Positions 29,161 to 37,014 of a stretch of DNA of 52,483 nt are shown here, in pieces (the first letter of the stretch is position 1; every line of letters begins with the position of its first letter). A model generated the notes under the pieces. It was not told where the DNA came from. It saw nothing but the letters and a program-made list of their open reading frames with translations, and ran no database searches. A program made the position numbers and the translations under genes. The DNA comes from a virus (lineage: Duplodnaviria > Caudoviricetes), in the IMG/VR virus record IMGVR_UViG_3300032233_000380, positions 1 through 52,483 of that record; one strand, given 5' to 3'.

Positions 29161-29320
29161 TAAGTTAACTAAAACCCCTTACGGGGGTTAGTCGTCTAGC
29201 CCATTACCACTCAAACAGGGAGGTCAAAAGCAGTACGGCTAGCTGACATGGTTTAAGCCTGAGAATCACCAAAGGCGAGCTTGTTTGTTACCCACTCATG
29301 TCTTACGGTAAACAAATACT
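29161..29320 (-). ncRNA. Candidate structured RNA (pseudoknot plus three hairpins) between HNH-like gene and SNF2 helicase
   Basis: Complementary segments 29307-29316/29284-29292, 29297-29302/29245-29250, 29273-29276/29257-29260, 29237-29242/29196-29201, and terminal CCCC-GUAA-GGGG-UUUU; folded by hand only. Confidence 0.55.
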
Positions 29321-29333
29321 TTACACTAAAACT

Positions 29334-29645
29334 TTACTTTTTGCGCTCTTTTTTGCTGGTTTCGGATACCAAATTACCCTTAGAATCCCGCTTAAAAGAC
29401 CTATTTTTAGCAGAAGTGGTGATATACACACCATGTTTATTAGAGCCACCCTTGTCCAGCGCTTTGCGGTGAGCTACATCCTTGCCCTCTCGTGCATCTG
29501 CCTTGCCGTTACCGTTACCATCAGGCATCTTTTTATCTATGCCCCGTCTAGCCCGTTGACGTTCCATACGGTTGTCATGCTCCCCACGGGCCTTTTGTTG
29601 CTGGTATTCCTTTTTATAGGGTCTTGGTTTAGTAACGTAGGGCAT
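29334..29645 (-). CDS. Small HNH-like endonuclease
   Basis: AAGGAG RBS before ATG 29645; GKDVAH...GGSN...SAKNRS beta-beta-alpha-metal-like pattern; very basic. Confidence 0.6.
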   Translation of the reverse strand: MPYVTKPRPYKKEYQQQKARGEHDNRMERQRARRGIDKKMPDGNGNGKADAREGKDVAHRKALDKGGSNKHGVYITTSAKNRSFKRDSKGNLVSETSKKERKK

Positions 29646-30298
29646 TATCTCTCCTTGTGATGTTCGCAAGACCTAACTGGACACCAACCACACAGCCCCG
29701 TAGGGTTTGCTTGCCATACATCATTTTCGTACGAATGGGTCAAACGAGCAAGGTCTGGGGTAAAAGCATCCCAAAGTTCATTCTTTGTATCCCGTACATA
29801 CTCCTCTGTAATAAAACTATTATTCATGACAAACATCAACCCAGCTTTGACGTTACGCACTTCAGGAAAGTGTTCAAAAACCATCAGCGCCATAAGCTTT
29901 AACTGCTTGGGGTCTGCGTATTTATTACTGCCCGTCTTGTAATCAACAATATACGCATCCTCGCCATCCACTACTAGGAAGTCAACTATGCCCCTTACCC
30001 AGCAGTCCTCTGCGCTCCATTTACATGCTTTCTTGTCAAAATTAAGTGCCATACGAAGCTCAGGGTGAAATTCCCCAGGTATTTCTTTAAGGCTGTCCAT
30101 CAGCGGAGCAAATCTCTGATAGTTTTCTGCTAACGGTTCTCCGTCTTTGATATAGTTTTCCAATGCCTTGTGTACTTGGTTTCCGTAAAGAATCTGTTGG
30201 GTCATCTCTTTCTGATAGTTCTTGAGGACCTTAACCTCTTGGTATTGCTTTGGGCAGTTTATGTAATCCTTGAGAGAAGAGAACGACCAAGTAAACAT
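29645..30298 (-). CDS. Cas4-like PD-(D/E)XK exonuclease
   Basis: WSFSSL...CP, GNQVH, GIVD, VDYKTG, QLKLMA, C-terminal CGWCPVRSC Fe-S cysteines. Confidence 0.85.
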   Translation of the reverse strand: MFTWSFSSLKDYINCPKQYQEVKVLKNYQKEMTQQILYGNQVHKALENYIKDGEPLAENYQRFAPLMDSLKEIPGEFHPELRMALNFDKKACKWSAEDCWVRGIVDFLVVDGEDAYIVDYKTGSNKYADPKQLKLMALMVFEHFPEVRNVKAGLMFVMNNSFITEEYVRDTKNELWDAFTPDLARLTHSYENDVWQANPTGLCGWCPVRSCEHHKER

Positions 30299-30519
30299 TA
30301 GCATCTCCCATCCATAAGGTTTTCTACATCCCGTTTTAATCTAGCATTTTCTATCTCTAGCTTTTTTGTTGCCTCAAGCAGTAGTTGCATCTGCTGACGT
30401 AACATTTCTACACGAGTTTCTTGTTCAATAAAGTCCGCTAGGGTTTTAACGCTAGCACCGCTATCCACAATATGTGGAGGGGATGCGTTCTGTCTGTCTT
30501 CGGTAGTCCAAGTGGTCAT
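30298..30519 (-). CDS. Hypothetical coiled-coil protein
   Basis: ORF coupled to neighbours; AAGGA RBS. Confidence 0.6.
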   Translation of the reverse strand: MTTWTTEDRQNASPPHIVDSGASVKTLADFIEQETRVEMLRQQMQLLLEATKKLEIENARLKRDVENLMDGRC

Positions 30520-30740
30520 TTTTTATTCCTTACAATTTTTTTAACAGGTACTTTTTTCTTGGGGGTGTGCTTCTTTAACATCTCTGGACTGACATAAGTT
30601 TTGCTCATTTTGATGGCTTCTTTCATGATTACTGTAAAACCTTCTCCAATCAACCAGTCTTTAGCTTCTTCATCTATCTCAAGAGATACAATCGCACTGC
30701 CGTCAGTTAGTTCTTTAATTAATTTGCATTTAATTTCCAT
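30516..30740 (-). CDS. Hypothetical protein (74 aa)
   Basis: ORF in operon; ELTDGSA motif, basic tail. Confidence 0.6.
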   Translation of the reverse strand: MEIKCKLIKELTDGSAIVSLEIDEEAKDWLIGEGFTVIMKEAIKMSKTYVSPEMLKKHTPKKKVPVKKIVRNKK

Positions 30741-30741
30741 A

Positions 30742-31191
30742 TCAAAACAAGTCCTCTCTTTTTAGTTCATCTATCAATTTAAAGCTTTCTTTAGGAACAA
30801 CCACCACTTCTTCTGTTCTTATTTCACCGTTGCGTTGCATGATTTCAGTAAATGGATATCCTTCAATCGCAAAGTAAAAGAATCCATCATCAAACTCTAC
30901 AAACATAAACGCTAAAATATTTTGAAATGCACACTTACCTCGCATAGTATCAAATTTATCTTTACTAAACTGAAAATCAGGATACTTATCAAAGTCATTA
31001 AACCTACGCCGATACTCCCCAATTGCTATTAACTTATTATCTTTTTTGAACTCCCAATCCCACGGGGAAAAGTTATCCATCGTAAAAATATCTATGTGTA
31101 ATAGGTCTGCTAATCTTTGCCTAGCTTTCTCTTGGTTATCAGTATCTTGGGCAATCTGCCCTTCTTCTTTACGAAATAGACCCTTTTCCAT
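30742..31191 (-). CDS. Putative PD-(D/E)XK-fold nuclease
   Basis: FSPWDW...IGEYRRR resembles a D...E-x-K/R motif; AT-rich; start probably ATG 31191. Confidence 0.4.
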   Translation of the reverse strand: MEKGLFRKEEGQIAQDTDNQEKARQRLADLLHIDIFTMDNFSPWDWEFKKDNKLIAIGEYRRRFNDFDKYPDFQFSKDKFDTMRGKCAFQNILAFMFVEFDDGFFYFAIEGYPFTEIMQRNGEIRTEEVVVVPKESFKLIDELKREDLF

Positions 31192-33053
31192 CAGCATTCT
31201 CCGTAAGATTTTGCTACTTTAGTTTCACAGGCGATAGGAAGCCCTACTGCCCAGGACGGCGCTGCAGACATACATTCCGTCACATAAGAAACTGCTTGCT
31301 CAAGCTCATCTTCAGGCACTACACATACCGCAGCGTCATGCACAGTCAACACTACAGAATATCTTTCCTGAATCTTGAGCATCTGTTCGCCCACAATGCA
31401 TCTCGCCAAGGCTTGAACTACGTTCTCAACTACCGCGCCACCCCATAGAGTGATCTCTCCTCTACGAGACTTATAAGAGTATTGAGGCTTGCCGTTCTGG
31501 ATCTCGACTGTGAGGTTGGGGTATCGGATATAACAACCGCTGGGCAAAAGAATCCCCTCCGAATTGACAGTTAGGCAACGGTGTTGTCCTAAATGATAAG
31601 GCTTTTTGACGCCAGCGAAAATACTTTCTAGCGCATCCTCTGACTCTCGCCACAGACCTACGATGCCATCATTAGTCTGTCTGTATAAATCAACTATTCG
31701 CTTACACTCATCTTCGTCTAATTCTACACCAGGAGGGGTAGTCTTTAGCGTGTGCTGTAATTTGCTTGCGCCAGTCCCATACCCTAGACCGAGGATACAA
31801 GTCTTGCCCACGAACCTCTCAACGGAATTCTCTTTAGTTACTTTCTTACCGTACACCTCGGAGGCAAACAGGCTATATACATCTTGCTTTTCCGCAAAGG
31901 CTTTGACCAAGTCCTCCTGCCCTGCAAGCCAAGCCAGCACCCTAGCTTCAATCTGTGAGGAGTCGGAGTTAATAACTACAAAGCCATCAGGCGCTACGAC
32001 TGCATTCTTGAGCGTCTTCTTTTTGACATCACGGGAGGGGAGATTTTGAAAGTTAACTTTGTCAGAACCAGCCCAACGACCAGTATGAGCGCCATAATAC
32101 TTAAGAGGAATAGGAAGACGACCTTTATTACGCTTGCCAATGTCAATGAAACGCTCAATTCGTGACTCCTCCAATGTAGATTTAGTACCAAGACGCACCG
32201 CACACAGTTGTTGTATGAATGGGTCTTCGTTCTCTGTCAATGCAATAAAACCCTCGTCATTCTTAGCAAGCGCAAAGGTTTCTTTGCCTGTCGTCTTACT
32301 AGTCTTCAATGGTGGTTGAACTCCAAATTCCGTTAGTAGCCCTGCAAATTTCTTGTTACTTGCTAGCTTCTTGCGAACCTCTTCTTCGGTCTCGCACTTT
32401 AGCTTTTCCATCAAGGATTGTAGTAATGCGCTCTTTTCGCTGCGGACTTCGTCTAACCTTTCCATCAGTAAAGCATCGTCTACCTCAAGCACAGGTTTGG
32501 TATACATGCGTAGCGTCATGTCGATTAGCTTTAGTTCGCCCAAGGGAAAATCCTTAGACATAACATCAAATAACTTTTTTGTTAACTCGACATCGTTGAT
32601 GCAATACTGCCCATATTTATTGAGTTCCTCAGAAGTGAAACCAGTTATATACTTGCCTTGTGCCTGTTCGACTTCTGTACCTTTTGCGCCAAGTTTGTAG
32701 CGTTCTACAAGCGCCATCAATGATGCTGAAGAGTCTACCCCATGAAGCGCACGAGCCATGCATAGGGTGTCAAAATAAATGTGGGGGATGATGCCGAACT
32801 TCCACGCAAGGATTGCGCCATCGAACTGCATGTTGTGGCAAAGCACCGCAGAGTTAGCCCAATCGAACGACATCAGGTAAGGTTTTAATTCCTGACAAGT
32901 ACCGCTAACCCATGTTGTCTCTGCATCGTCAATCTTCACTCCAACACCAATCGTGTCAAAGCGCTTGTCCCTAATGTATTCTTCGGTCGTGAGTTTACGC
33001 AAGGAGAAGTCCTTATCGTAATAAGTCTCAAAGTCTAGTGTGATTAGTGGCAT
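31191..33053 (-). CDS. polA: DNA polymerase, family A, with 3'-5' exonuclease domain
   Basis: Exo motifs DFET, HNMQFD, YCINDV; pol motifs HTGRW, NFQNLP, DSSQIEAR (A), RFVGKTCILGLGYG (B), TVHDA (C). Confidence 0.93.
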   Translation of the reverse strand: MPLITLDFETYYDKDFSLRKLTTEEYIRDKRFDTIGVGVKIDDAETTWVSGTCQELKPYLMSFDWANSAVLCHNMQFDGAILAWKFGIIPHIYFDTLCMARALHGVDSSASLMALVERYKLGAKGTEVEQAQGKYITGFTSEELNKYGQYCINDVELTKKLFDVMSKDFPLGELKLIDMTLRMYTKPVLEVDDALLMERLDEVRSEKSALLQSLMEKLKCETEEEVRKKLASNKKFAGLLTEFGVQPPLKTSKTTGKETFALAKNDEGFIALTENEDPFIQQLCAVRLGTKSTLEESRIERFIDIGKRNKGRLPIPLKYYGAHTGRWAGSDKVNFQNLPSRDVKKKTLKNAVVAPDGFVVINSDSSQIEARVLAWLAGQEDLVKAFAEKQDVYSLFASEVYGKKVTKENSVERFVGKTCILGLGYGTGASKLQHTLKTTPPGVELDEDECKRIVDLYRQTNDGIVGLWRESEDALESIFAGVKKPYHLGQHRCLTVNSEGILLPSGCYIRYPNLTVEIQNGKPQYSYKSRRGEITLWGGAVVENVVQALARCIVGEQMLKIQERYSVVLTVHDAAVCVVPEDELEQAVSYVTECMSAAPSWAVGLPIACETKVAKSYGEC

Positions 33054-33076
33054 TAAATAAGATATGAAATAGCTAC

Positions 33077-33110
33077 AAAAAAGGGGAGCGCACCGTTAAG
33101 CGAACTCCCC
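33077..33110 (-). terminator. Intrinsic terminator between DUF3310 gene and DNA polymerase
   Basis: Minus strand GGGGAG...CTCCCC stem followed by a T-run. Confidence 0.7.
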
Positions 33111-33117
33111 AAAAGGA

Positions 33118-33624
33118 CTACTTACTTAGTTTACTGACTTCACGGTTAAGATACCAAAGGGCTTTCTTCAAATCCTCGTCACGACTACCCTTATGGTCGG
33201 CACGAGAAACATACTTGATTACATTACCAAGGTTATAACCAAGAGATTTTGCTTCGACAAAATCAATAGTCTCAATGCCACCCACCTTGTAATGCGCTGG
33301 GTGGTTGACGTTGTCTGAGCTTGGCGAGTTCATTAGTCTTAGACGATCTGTATCCTTTAGTAGTCTTATACGATCTGCCACCGATAAAGACATGACTTCT
33401 TCCTTGATTGAACTCTTAGTTAAAGGTTTATTACTCGTGGAAAAATGTAGTTCATATTGCTTATCTGCTATCGCATTCTTTTTAGCTAAATTAGCTTCAC
33501 CCCTGAGGATATACACATACGATGGTGATATTTTGAACTTCTTAGCCACTTCTGCTGGTTTAGCTGAAGGATTAGCTTGTAAGTAAGCTATAACTTTTTT
33601 GGTTTTTAATGATTTAGTTTTCAT
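33118..33624 (-). CDS. N-terminal HTH plus DUF3310 domain protein
   Basis: PAEVAKKFKISPSYVY HTH; DNVNHPAHY...IETIDF...GNVIKYVSR...EDLKKALWYL. Confidence 0.85.
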   Translation of the reverse strand: MKTKSLKTKKVIAYLQANPSAKPAEVAKKFKISPSYVYILRGEANLAKKNAIADKQYELHFSTSNKPLTKSSIKEEVMSLSVADRIRLLKDTDRLRLMNSPSSDNVNHPAHYKVGGIETIDFVEAKSLGYNLGNVIKYVSRADHKGSRDEDLKKALWYLNREVSKLSK

Positions 33625-33642
33625 TTACTACTCCCTGTTAAA

Positions 33643-33852
33643 TTAAATATAATCGTCTTTGTTAAATTTTGCAATGAATTTTTCCTTAAATTTTTTCATT
33701 GCTCTCTTTTCTATATGACCTACTGTACTTCTATTTACTCCAAGTTCATCTGCCACCTCCTTTTGTGTTTTACTAAAAAGCGTTTTATCAAAGTCTTCAT
33801 CATCTACCTCGACCATCCCTGCAAAAGGTATGGGTTCAAGCCGTTTTGTCAT
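33643..33852 (-). CDS. Sigma-70 region 4-like HTH protein
   Basis: TQKEVADELGVNRSTVGHIEKRAMKK. Confidence 0.75.
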   Translation of the reverse strand: MTKRLEPIPFAGMVEVDDEDFDKTLFSKTQKEVADELGVNRSTVGHIEKRAMKKFKEKFIAKFNKDDYI

Positions 33853-34039
33853 ATTTTTTACCTTTGCGCACAGTTTTAATTCCTATCTCTTGAGGTTTAC
33901 GAGCCTCCACCATTGCGTCTGCCATAGCGTATGACATATACGGTATTTGGTCTATAGGGTAGTCTCCGCTAATAATCCATCCGTTCATAGCTAACCCTGC
34001 AAAGATGTCCCTGAGCATCCCTTCATCTTCTTGTGTCAT
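33836..34039 (-). CDS. Hypothetical phage protein
   Basis: LRDIFAGLAM...SYAMADAM motif; start reassigned to ATG 34039, which overlaps the upstream TGA. Confidence 0.65.
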   Translation of the reverse strand: MTQEDEGMLRDIFAGLAMNGWIISGDYPIDQIPYMSYAMADAMVEARKPQEIGIKTVRKGKKYDKTA

Positions 34040-34134
34040 AAGATACTCGCTAACCAATAACCCAATATTGTGCAAACCATACCGAATAGAACAGATATGA
34101 CAAGCGTAATCGCAATTTTGCTTATATCACTCAT
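34036..34134 (-). CDS. Small membrane peptide (32 aa, not in ORF track)
   Basis: MSDISKIAITLVISVLFGMVCTILGYWLASIL; AAACAGGGAGG RBS at 34144-34154; ATGA coupling to next gene. Confidence 0.6.
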   Translation of the reverse strand: MSDISKIAITLVISVLFGMVCTILGYWLASIL

Positions 34135-34339
34135 TTTTACTCGCCTCCCTGTTTATCCTAAATAAGAAATCATCACGATATTCTGTTGGTGGTACAAAGC
34201 CAAAGCGCTTAAAAGTCTTCATCACATCAGCGCCCATTGTCCAAACAAATTTAGAATCCCTATCAATCGCCATTGATGGCTTTACTTCTTTAGGTTTTTC
34301 TTGAACTGCAATCAATCGTCTAAGTGTTTTACTATGCAT
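34127..34339 (-). CDS. Hypothetical protein (70 aa)
   Basis: AGGAG RBS; DVMKTFKRFGFVPP. Confidence 0.6.
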   Translation of the reverse strand: MHSKTLRRLIAVQEKPKEVKPSMAIDRDSKFVWTMGADVMKTFKRFGFVPPTEYRDDFLFRINREASKNE

Positions 34340-34340
34340 A

Positions 34341-34643
34341 CTATTTCTCCTTTAACCAAGTTTCAATTAACTGTCTTAACTCTGAGACATTCATCTCATT
34401 AATAACTAACGCAAGACCACCCATCATCTTTATCTTAGCAAGATTAAGTTCTTGCAAAGCAGTCGTCTTGCCTTTCCCTGCTTTTGCTTCAATACCAATA
34501 AAGAATCCTTTATAGCAAGCAACAATGTCAGGCGCACCGCTAGAGCCAAAGCCTGTCCCTACTGGCTGAATAAAGTATGCACCCATAGAATCTAAGGTTC
34601 TCTTTATCTTTGTTTTAACTTTTGACTCAGGTGTTACTGCCAT
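34341..34643 (-). CDS. VRR-NUC family nuclease (resolvase-like)
   Basis: PESKVK, GAPDIV, FIGIEAKAGKGKTTALQ. Confidence 0.85.
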   Translation of the reverse strand: MAVTPESKVKTKIKRTLDSMGAYFIQPVGTGFGSSGAPDIVACYKGFFIGIEAKAGKGKTTALQELNLAKIKMMGGLALVINEMNVSELRQLIETWLKEK

Positions 34644-34645
34644 AG

Positions 34646-35014
34646 CTACTCCTTATTTAATACTTCACCAACCATTGAATCCAAATCTTGCCGTTCTATT
34701 ACAACCACAAAGAATGTATCGCTACCTCGCCAACCAGTATCTAACACATCTGAAGAGTAATTATTCATTAGTTCGCATACTCCGAAAGACCTATCGTGGT
34801 CTCTATATAAGTTAACGCTAGATGACGCAAGTATCATTGCCATCTTACCCTTAATACAATCAGGCAAAGTATCAGAAGTAAAAATTCTAACGATACTATT
34901 TCCCAAATAAACATAGTAATCGTCATTGACTTTCCTTAATGGCACACGATAAAGAGACCAGTTATATGGATGCACTAACGGAACTAAGTCGCTTATTTGG
35001 ATATGCATAGCCAC
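34646..35014 (-). CDS. Hypothetical protein (122 aa)
   Basis: GGAG RBS; in operon. Confidence 0.6.
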   Translation of the reverse strand: MAMHIQISDLVPLVHPYNWSLYRVPLRKVNDDYYVYLGNSIVRIFTSDTLPDCIKGKMAMILASSSVNLYRDHDRSFGVCELMNNYSSDVLDTGWRGSDTFFVVVIERQDLDSMVGEVLNKE

Positions 35015-35934
35015 TCCATATCGAAATCGGTGTTGTTGCTGTGATAACCGTAGCTAATACCTAATTCAGGAATGTAGGCATCTCCAAACGGTGCTAAAGA
35101 CTTATCTGCCCAAGGTCTATACTTACTATCAAGATGCACCTTAGTCATAGTCAAGCAAGACAACACATCAGGATACTCCTTCAAAGAACTAACACGCTTG
35201 AATGGACTCTTGTAGCTGAACTTATAAAATTCAACTCCACTAGAATTGCATACCTCACAACCTCCGTCAGCAATTAAATAGTGACCTTTTCTGTCTGCAC
35301 CTACGATATAGCAGTTATCTGTCATTTCATGGATTCCCTGTTTCCTAGTTTCTAACTGTATGTCAACTCTAGTGTAGTCGTCAATAGTCTTTAGGTATAA
35401 ATCCCTACTACTCTGTGATAAGTCGCTGATAGTCTTACCGTTTTGCAACGCTAAAAGTATTTCATGCGCATGGTCTCCATCAAGATTTTGTTTTCTGTCA
35501 ACATCAAACGAAGTCCATATTGGGCGCATCGCCTGATTAATTTTGTCATCAAATTGTTGAATCATTTCTTCTCCCTTAGTGGGTATACTTGCTTTCTTTA
35601 ATGATGTTATCAATGACGATAATTTTTTACTACGATAAGTGTGTCTATCAAAGTCATCAACCCCTCGTTGCTTTGACCGATACGGTGTGTGATAGCAAAA
35701 GTTATCTTCATACACAAACACACGACCGACAGGAAAGCCTTGTACTTCATCGCATAGCATAAAGTTATCTGTATTACCGCCACCGCTACCGAAACGAAAG
35801 TCGCCTGACTTTGCATATACTTTTAAGCCATAGATGTGATTAAGTTCACGAATGAGAGGTAACACTTTGCTTTGCGCTACCTCCTCTTTCACTGAATCAT
35901 CTGCTACTGCATGGAATAAGATATTACTTAACAT
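34993..35934 (-). CDS. Hypothetical protein (313 aa)
   Basis: ACAGGGAG RBS; long ORF, no recognised motif. Confidence 0.75.
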   Translation of the reverse strand: MLSNILFHAVADDSVKEEVAQSKVLPLIRELNHIYGLKVYAKSGDFRFGSGGGNTDNFMLCDEVQGFPVGRVFVYEDNFCYHTPYRSKQRGVDDFDRHTYRSKKLSSLITSLKKASIPTKGEEMIQQFDDKINQAMRPIWTSFDVDRKQNLDGDHAHEILLALQNGKTISDLSQSSRDLYLKTIDDYTRVDIQLETRKQGIHEMTDNCYIVGADRKGHYLIADGGCEVCNSSGVEFYKFSYKSPFKRVSSLKEYPDVLSCLTMTKVHLDSKYRPWADKSLAPFGDAYIPELGISYGYHSNNTDFDMEWLCISK

Positions 35935-35962
35935 ACTACTTCTCCCTGTGTTGAACTACTGA

Positions 35963-36988
35963 TTAACGAACTACATCCACACCGTTTAATACAACTCGTA
36001 AGCCCCACTCACTACCCTTGGTGTTCATGAAAGGAACTTCTACCTCATAGAATGGCTTGTGTGTCTCATACGCCTTCTTAGCCAAGCTAGTTTTGATTCG
36101 AGGTACGAGATTCTTAGGTTCGCATACTTTTGAATACCTGCCGTTTGATGCATAATTCTCAATCGCATATACACTAAAGCCGTTTATACTCAATGCCATT
36201 GCATACACCAATGATGCCTCAAACTCTGAACCGCTTTCGAGTAAATTATCGCCAATTCGCATAGCTTCATCAGACCCAAAGTATTTCCAACTATTGTCAT
36301 TTGGTTTACTAGCATGCTCTTCTAATAAATCTTTGGCTGATACCATCATTGTGTCTGTATCCAAACACTTCAGCATGGCATGGGCAACATCTAGTTTGGC
36401 TTTGTATCCCTCCATCAATACCTTTGCCCTCTTACGGTCAACGACCTTGCGGAATACTTGAATGTTCTGAGACTCGTGTGGTTTAAGAGTTTCTGCATCC
36501 AAGCGCAGACCTTTGAATATTGGCATAGAGACATCTTGCCCATTCGCATGCGCCGTTAAACCGTTGCCACTAAACCGATAGCCATCAAACATATAGCTAT
36601 TTTTTATCCACTCAGACATTTTCTTCCTGTCGCCTTGCCAATAACCATCTAGAGTGAACTCAATCGTATTGTCAGACCGCACAATGGCTAGGACTCTTGG
36701 TTTAGTAATTCTTTCATAGAACGGATAGGGTTCATAGTCTCTGTCTTTTTTACAGACTCGTTTACTTCGTACACCTTTGAGCAAATTATATTTTTGCTCA
36801 GTGATTTCTTTGGTATCCCAATCCTTGCCATAGCAAACATGATATTCAATATCGTTCTCAGTCTCGACTACCTGAAAGAGACTATATGGTTGTCTCCTGT
36901 CGCTATACATAGGAAAGTTCATCGTTCCCCTAAATGGGTCTTGCGTATAAGTTACAAGTTGTAACCCTTCGTATGTCAAATATGGCAT
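35963..36988 (-). CDS. Hypothetical protein (341 aa)
   Basis: AACAGGGAG RBS; long ORF, no recognised motif. Confidence 0.75.
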   Translation of the reverse strand: MPYLTYEGLQLVTYTQDPFRGTMNFPMYSDRRQPYSLFQVVETENDIEYHVCYGKDWDTKEITEQKYNLLKGVRSKRVCKKDRDYEPYPFYERITKPRVLAIVRSDNTIEFTLDGYWQGDRKKMSEWIKNSYMFDGYRFSGNGLTAHANGQDVSMPIFKGLRLDAETLKPHESQNIQVFRKVVDRKRAKVLMEGYKAKLDVAHAMLKCLDTDTMMVSAKDLLEEHASKPNDNSWKYFGSDEAMRIGDNLLESGSEFEASLVYAMALSINGFSVYAIENYASNGRYSKVCEPKNLVPRIKTSLAKKAYETHKPFYEVEVPFMNTKGSEWGLRVVLNGVDVVR

Positions 36989-37014
36989 AGTTTTCTCCCT
37001 GTTAATTAAGATAA

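Noticed and set aside
29161-29320. Assignment to a known ribozyme class (hammerhead, pistol, twister) or tRNA
   Set aside because: No CUGAnGA/GAAA core, pistol P2 pairing and GU cleavage site do not fit, and no cloverleaf; left as an unclassified candidate pending an Rfam search
29645-30298. Cas4-like gene as evidence for a CRISPR-Cas system
   Set aside because: Stand-alone Cas4-like exonucleases are common in phage replication modules; no other cas genes or array
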